Made by a program: the position numbers and the translations under genes. Source: Octopus vulgaris (lineage: Eukaryota). Taken from it: a stretch of 64,000 nucleotides of DNA. The DNA lies in contig OX597827.1 in the NCBI GenBank assembly GCA_951406725.2, positions 5,208,001 to 5,272,000 of the forward strand, read 5' to 3'. Below are positions 58,309-64,000 of the stretch, one piece after another. Numbering within the stretch: the first letter of the stretch is position 1; each line of letters starts with the position of its first letter. The notes below the pieces were generated by a model. That model searched no databases. It worked only from the letters and a program-made list of their open reading frames with translations, and was not told where the DNA came from.

Positions 58309-59162
58309 TGTTCTAGGCATACCTAGGACTAAACAGCAACAACTATAACAACTCCTCATGACAACTGCAAAGTCATGTAGAGTCTCTTCGGTGTCGCCTG
58401 GCCTGCAAGAAATAGCAACAATGTTCCCTTAGGAAAACACCTCATCATCATCAACATCATCTCTCTCTCTCTCCCTCTCTCTCTCACACACACACACAAC
58501 ATCAAAATCAGCACACAATGTATTATGCATGTTGCAAATACCTTGTATGAAAATAAGATGGGATGGTCGTGGCTGGAATGCTTTGATTGCAGTGGCAAAA
58601 AAAACTACTATCAAATAACTCTTATCGAGACGAATAAATAAGTTTCCCACAAAACTATCAAAGTCTTATCCTCAGAAGATAACGGAAGAAACACAACGGA
58701 GGCCTTATGAAAGTCAATAAAACCTGCACAACTTCTAAAGAACAAGTTTAATGCATAAATCTATCGTATTAACAGATCAATCTGCCTCATTAATTGCTTC
58801 ACTAAGTCTAAACTATTATATAAATAATATAATATGAAGCTTAAGGCATTAAAACATACACATATCGGAGGCATTTCCTGCATGAATACAAGACATGCAA
58901 TACAGGCATAATATATATATATAGAAAAAATGAATGCAGTAAGAAATCAGATTTTAATATAAACTGTTCATTTTTATGAGAGACAGCTGGAAAGAGGGTG
59001 CATACCTGTTATGTGTAGATAGATGTTCTCTACTTCCACTTCATTGGTTTGATTTTTTTCAAGTAGCATACCCTGGCTTTTAAGTACTAGGAATTACTCA
59101 CACATACACACACTCATTCTGACTCATACACAAGCACACACGCACACACATACATTTTGGTT

Positions 59163-59580
59163 TCTCTTTTCTCTTTTTCTCTTTTACTTGTTTCAGTCAT
59201 TTGACTGCGGCCATGCTGGAGCACCGCCTTTAATCGAGCAACTCGACCCCGGGACTTATTCTTTTGTAAGCCCAGTACTTATTCCATCGGTCTCTTTTGC
59301 CGAACCGCTAAATAACGGGGACGTAAACACACCAGCATCGGTTGTCAAGCAATGCTAGGGGGACAAAATACAGACACACAAGCACACACACGTATATATA
59401 TATATATGCATATATACGACAGGCTTCTTTTCAGTTTCCGTCTACCAAATCCACTCACAAGGCTTTGGTTGGCCCGAGGCTATAGCAGAAGACACCTGCC
59501 CAAGGTGCCATGCAGTGGGACTGAACCTGGAACCATGTGGTTGGTAAACAAGCTACTTACCACACAGCCACTCCTGCGCC
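59163..59580 (-). mobile_element. SINE family A
   Basis: Full-length reverse copy. Confidence 0.9.
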
Positions 59581-59774
59581 TTACGTTAATTTCTTGCTAC
59601 TGAGTTTCTCTTGGGTGCAGAAGAACTGGTGCACCCACAGGAAAAAAAAACATGCAGGGTAATAAGAGGGTGGCTCAGCCAAGGTCAAAATATTCCAAAT
59701 CTCTGCTGTAGTACTGACCACTCTTCATTCAGACAGCCAAAACAGAACAGGTGTGTGTGTGTGTGTGTGTATTT

Positions 59775-60138
59775 TTAGTCAAATGAATTGACACTAGTAC
59801 TTATTTTTTCTTAAGCCTGGTACTTATGTCAGTTTCTTTTGCTGGACAGCTAATTTACAGGGATGTAAACACACCAGCACCAGTTATCAAGTGGTGATGG
59901 GAGACAAACACAGACACAATAACACACACACACACACACACACACACCACATATATATATATATATATATACACACAATGAGTTCCTTTCAGTTTCCGTC
60001 AACCAAATCCACTCACAAGGCTTTGGTCAGCCTGAGGCTAGAGTAGAAGACACTTGCCCAAGGTGCTGTATAGTGGGACTGAACCTGGAATCATGTGGTT
60101 GTGACACAGGCTTTTTACCATTCAGCCATGACTGCACC
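59775..60138 (-). mobile_element. SINE family A (older, diverged)
   Basis: Recognisable head and body with more substitutions. Older head-only fragments also occur near 5940-6080, 33048-33215, 34700-34856, 38915-39040 and 39970-40080. Confidence 0.8.
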
Positions 60139-60193
60139 TAGCCACTTATATACATACATACAGACATGCACTCATATATCACTGTCATCATTG

Positions 60194-60229
<36 letters not shown>

Positions 60230-60424
60230 CAGTATTTATGTTAACTTTTTCATGCTTGCATGAGTCATAGATAATTCATTGAGAGAGATTTTCTATGGTT
60301 GGATTCCTTCTCTGTTGCCAACCTTAGGAAATGATTACCAGCAAGGTTTTATACATATAAATAGAAACATTATTATCATTTCTAAATCTCTCGAAGAGAG
60401 ATATTCAGTAACAGTTCTTTAAAA

Positions 60425-60558
60425 TAAAGACTATTTGCCAACATAATGTGGCTATCCTGGATGGGATGATTGTTACTGTTGTTTAGCCTCAGGAAACGAT
60501 ACTACAATAACACTCGTTCCATCCAGGACAGCCACATTATGTTGGCAAATGGTCTTTA
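60425..60558. repeat. Inverted repeat (~45-55 bp arms)
   Basis: taaagactatttgccaacataatgtggctatcctggatgg is complementary to ccatccaggacagccacattatgttggcaaatggtcttta. Confidence 0.9.
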
Positions 60559-60604
60559 CTTTATATATATATATATCCGGTAAGCTTTGTATATATGTAT
60601 GTAT

Positions 60605-60649
<45 letters not shown>

Positions 60650-61212
60650 AACGTATGTACTTCTATTTATATATATACTCTGTAAAACATGGGACTGAGA
60701 ACACTTCTTTCTAGTGTCAAGGGCATTGCAATGTGTATAGTACTGTTACAACAATTATATACACTTAATACACTTTGTTAAGTGGTAAGTCTTAGGAAAA
60801 GCATACTTCTTCAGGATATAAGCTGAAAGTAAAACACATGACCATGATATTGTCCTCCAACCTATCTAAAAGAGTAATATCTTCAAATTCAAACTCAGAC
60901 TATGACAATGGCATATTAGGATTGTTTCCTCTGTGAATACAAGGTTAGGCAGTGCAAACCTAAGTTACATAAAGGAAAGCAAATTTTTATGCAAATTTTC
61001 TGTTTTTCTGTGAAGTGCCTGGAAAGAGGCTACAAACTTGCCTAGTCAAATATATAGGATCAAAAGTGTATTGAACCTGTTGACATGGAATCCACAAAAT
61101 ATTTTTATTGAATGTACCAATATCTTTTGCTGCCAAATCCCAAAACACACTAAAACATTTGCATAGTGCACACACATCTATATCTATCTGAGTGTTTAAT
61201 TGTATATACATA

Positions 61213-61841
61213 CGAGGTGGTATTGAAAATTTCCTGGACTAGTTCTGTAGCACACCAACAGATGGCAGCACATGGTTGCATTCACAGTGAGTGTTAGCAG
61301 TGACCTTCATGAAAACCTTCATGGAAAACCTGCCACAAGCATCAACCCCAGAAATGTAGAGAAAAATTCATCACCTAGTGCATGAGGATCGTCGGAGGAC
61401 AATCAATGACATTTTGAAGCTTTTGAGAGAGAATACTTGGCACAAGCAACTGAATCTGTGGAATGCAAGGAATTAGATTCTTCACATTGATAACTGAGCT
61501 CACTTCACTTATGAGTTTCTCATCAAAAGCAGCATGGTTTTGCTTCTGCACCGTTCTGTTAACAAAATTTAGTGCCTGCAGACATCCATCTTTTCCCCAA
61601 GATGAAAATGCAGCTCAAACATTTTAAAACCATTCTCAAGATCAAAAACAAATCGATGAAGGTCCTCAAATTGCTTATGGAAAAATGACTTCCAGGCCAG
61701 ATTCCAAAAGTGTCACAAATACTGGGACCAGTGTATTGCTGTGCAAGGTGACAATTTCAAAGGTGATGGTGTTAAAACTTAGGTAAATAAGTTTTTTTTT
61801 ATTAAACATAACTAGCATGGGAACTTTTTGATACCACCTCG
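61213..61841 (+). mobile_element. Internally deleted mariner (irritans/Hsmar2-like TIR type)
   Basis: TA-cgaggtggtattgaaaa...tttttgataccacctcg-TA; 629 bp; transposase scraps VHEDRRRTINDI, LFPKMK and WDQCIAVQGDNF. Confidence 0.85.
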
Positions 61842-63085
61842 TATATGTATATATATATATATATATATATTGTTATATTTTGGAATGGTCATTTTGCCAG
61901 TTTAGCACAAGCATTCATTGGGAAAACATGCTTTTGTCCATAAACTTGAACCAAATTGCATGTGTGAGTGTATGCATGTATATATATATATATAATTGCT
62001 TACATCTATGATATTATAATTACTTAGAATTCATTATACATAAACAATAGAGATATTTAACACTTTCTAGTGAAGTGGAGTGGAGTGGATAAAAGAATCA
62101 CCTGCTTGTAGGTCACCTATGAAGAGGAATTTTGAAAGAAAGAAAGAATACTTAGAAAAGGAATTCTGATGACAAATGGCACCACTATTGGAATAAGTGG
62201 AAAGAAAAAGTTAAAACATTACACACACACACGCATGCACACACACATGCATACATACAGACATACACACACACAACATAGTATACATTTACATACAGGT
62301 GATAGAAGACTTATACTAAGGTCTGACCTTAGAAATACCTAACAGTGAATCTGATGAAATACAATGACAGACGTCATTGTAAATATGATGGTGCTTTTTG
62401 AAGAACTCTCAAAGTCATGTCCCGATAAAAATGGACATAAAACCATTAATAATGATGAATGATGGTATAGTTTAAATAAGTAGACAGATATGTGCTTGTG
62501 TATGTCTGCATCAATGTGTGCGTGTGTGTCTGCATGCATGTGTGTGTGTGTGTGTGTGTCTGCGTGCATGCGTGTGTGTGTGGACTTGTATGTGTGTGTG
62601 TTGACTAATTGATTTCTAGCTTGATTTTTTTTTTGTTTTCAGTTTTCCAGAGTTATGGACTTGTGGCATTTCCAAGTTGCAAACACATGGCATGCAGCGC
62701 TAATCATTTTGTCTGAGTATCTCTACATCTCTAAACAGACAACCAATGAATAGATTTTACACATACAGTGGCTTGATCTACATGTAATAACAACCAGATA
62801 TCCAATAATCACTTCCTGTTAGGTTATAAAATTGCAGGACACATTGTATAGTGTAAGCCTGGATATAGTGAATATGTGTGTGTGTGTGTGTGTGTAATTT
62901 TCACTGGGAAAAGTTTGTCAATGACTTTGTAATTTAGGAGAAGTTACCCTTGTCCTTGTCAAAGTTCCTGTCAACATATTCCTTATAAAAATAAATGTGA
63001 TGCTTAAATGTATTGAGTAGTTCTTCTGATCCTTCAGTAAAAGATTTTGTAATATATTTATACAATTATATATAAAAACAAACCT

Positions 63086-63127
<42 letters not shown>

Positions 63128-63226
63128 AATGTAGGATAAAATTTTTTTCGAAAAAAATTCTTTTCCAAAAAAAATTTTAACAATGGCCAGCATATTAAGA
63201 AATACCTTTAAAGGTTAAATTTATAA

Positions 63227-63481
63227 ACAATTCATAAATAAGGGCAAATGGAAAAATTTCTAATGCCAAATATGCCAAAAAATTGGACATATTGTCCATT
63301 AACCATTAATTTTTTCACAATTCGCATGCTACTTGAGAAAAAATTTTTTAGAAATTTCTGTTGACCTTTTTTCGAGTAGCGTGCGGATTGTGAAAAAATT
63401 AATGGTTTATGGACAATGTGTCCAATTTTTCGGCATATTTGGCATTAGAAATTTTTTCGTTTGCCCTTATTGATGAATTGT
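63227..63481. repeat. Long inverted repeat (~115 bp arms, ~25 bp spacer)
   Basis: acaattcataaataagggcaaa...gctacttgag is complementary to tcgagtagc...tttgcccttattgatgaattgt, about 90% identical by eye. Confidence 0.9.
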
Positions 63482-63521
63482 ATATATATATATATATATA
63501 TATACATAATCTTTACTGCCA

Positions 63522-63983
63522 CTTAAACATGGCTGTTCCATAGGAACTGACATTACTGCTATTTAAATCCTAGGAGGATACCTCCTCCTGTTGGCTATTC
63601 AATGCAATCTGTACCTGATGTACATTGAAAGCAGGGGAGTGAACTTCTACCATCTTCCAGCCACGAGACCACTAGACCATATGGTTTCAACCTCTTTGTG
63701 ATCGCTCTCAGTGGTGGATACTCATCTGCTAGAGATAGCAGTAGTTCATCCCCCCCCCCCTCCAGCTCACAATATATAGAAATCAAGTGACACACAGTCA
63801 CTGATATTGTAATGAGCAAATTAGCTGGTTAGAAAATCTCTATAAGAGCTGAAAGCAGTAAATGTACAGGGAAATAATGTTTACTAACATTCAAACATGG
63901 CTGTTTCTTAGGAACTGATGTTACTGCTATTTTTAACCTCAGGAGGATGTCTCCAACTGGTTATTCGATGCAATCTGCATCCA
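63522..63983 (+). repeat. Diverged direct repeat, ~95 bp units about 370 bp apart
   Basis: aaacatggctgtt..taggaactga..ttactgctattt..aggaggat..tgg.tattc.atgcaatctg occurs at ~63525 and ~63894. Confidence 0.75.
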
Positions 63984-64000
63984 GTTAAAAAATAATATTA

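Overview
AT-rich, microsatellite-saturated eukaryotic DNA. The protocadherin type and repeat content point to a coleoid cephalopod, most likely Octopus (inference). The only convincing host gene is a minus-strand protocadherin. One large exon (acceptor at 25500, ATG 25417, phase-0 donor CAG|GTAAGT at 23039/23038) encodes a signal peptide, six cadherin repeats, a TM helix and part of the cytoplasmic tail. A candidate non-coding first exon and promoter lie at about 30.6-30.8 kb; no downstream exon could be identified. The rest is repeats: 12 or more copies of a ~400-480 bp tRNA-derived SINE with an internal microsatellite, two other SINE families, RTE-clade LINE fragments, three mariner fossils (one strongly Hsmar1-like), two TTAA-type MITEs, Penelope-like remnants and several fold-back elements. 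The main hunt result is a set of type I hammerhead ribozyme motifs in short microsatellite-flanked elements (best at 32858-32935). Other leads are a predicted calcium-free EC3-EC4 linker in the protocadherin and tail-to-tail SINE pairs that could form ADAR substrates. Almost all other ORFs in the track are microsatellite or repeat artefacts. All calls were made by eye; no searches or folding were run.
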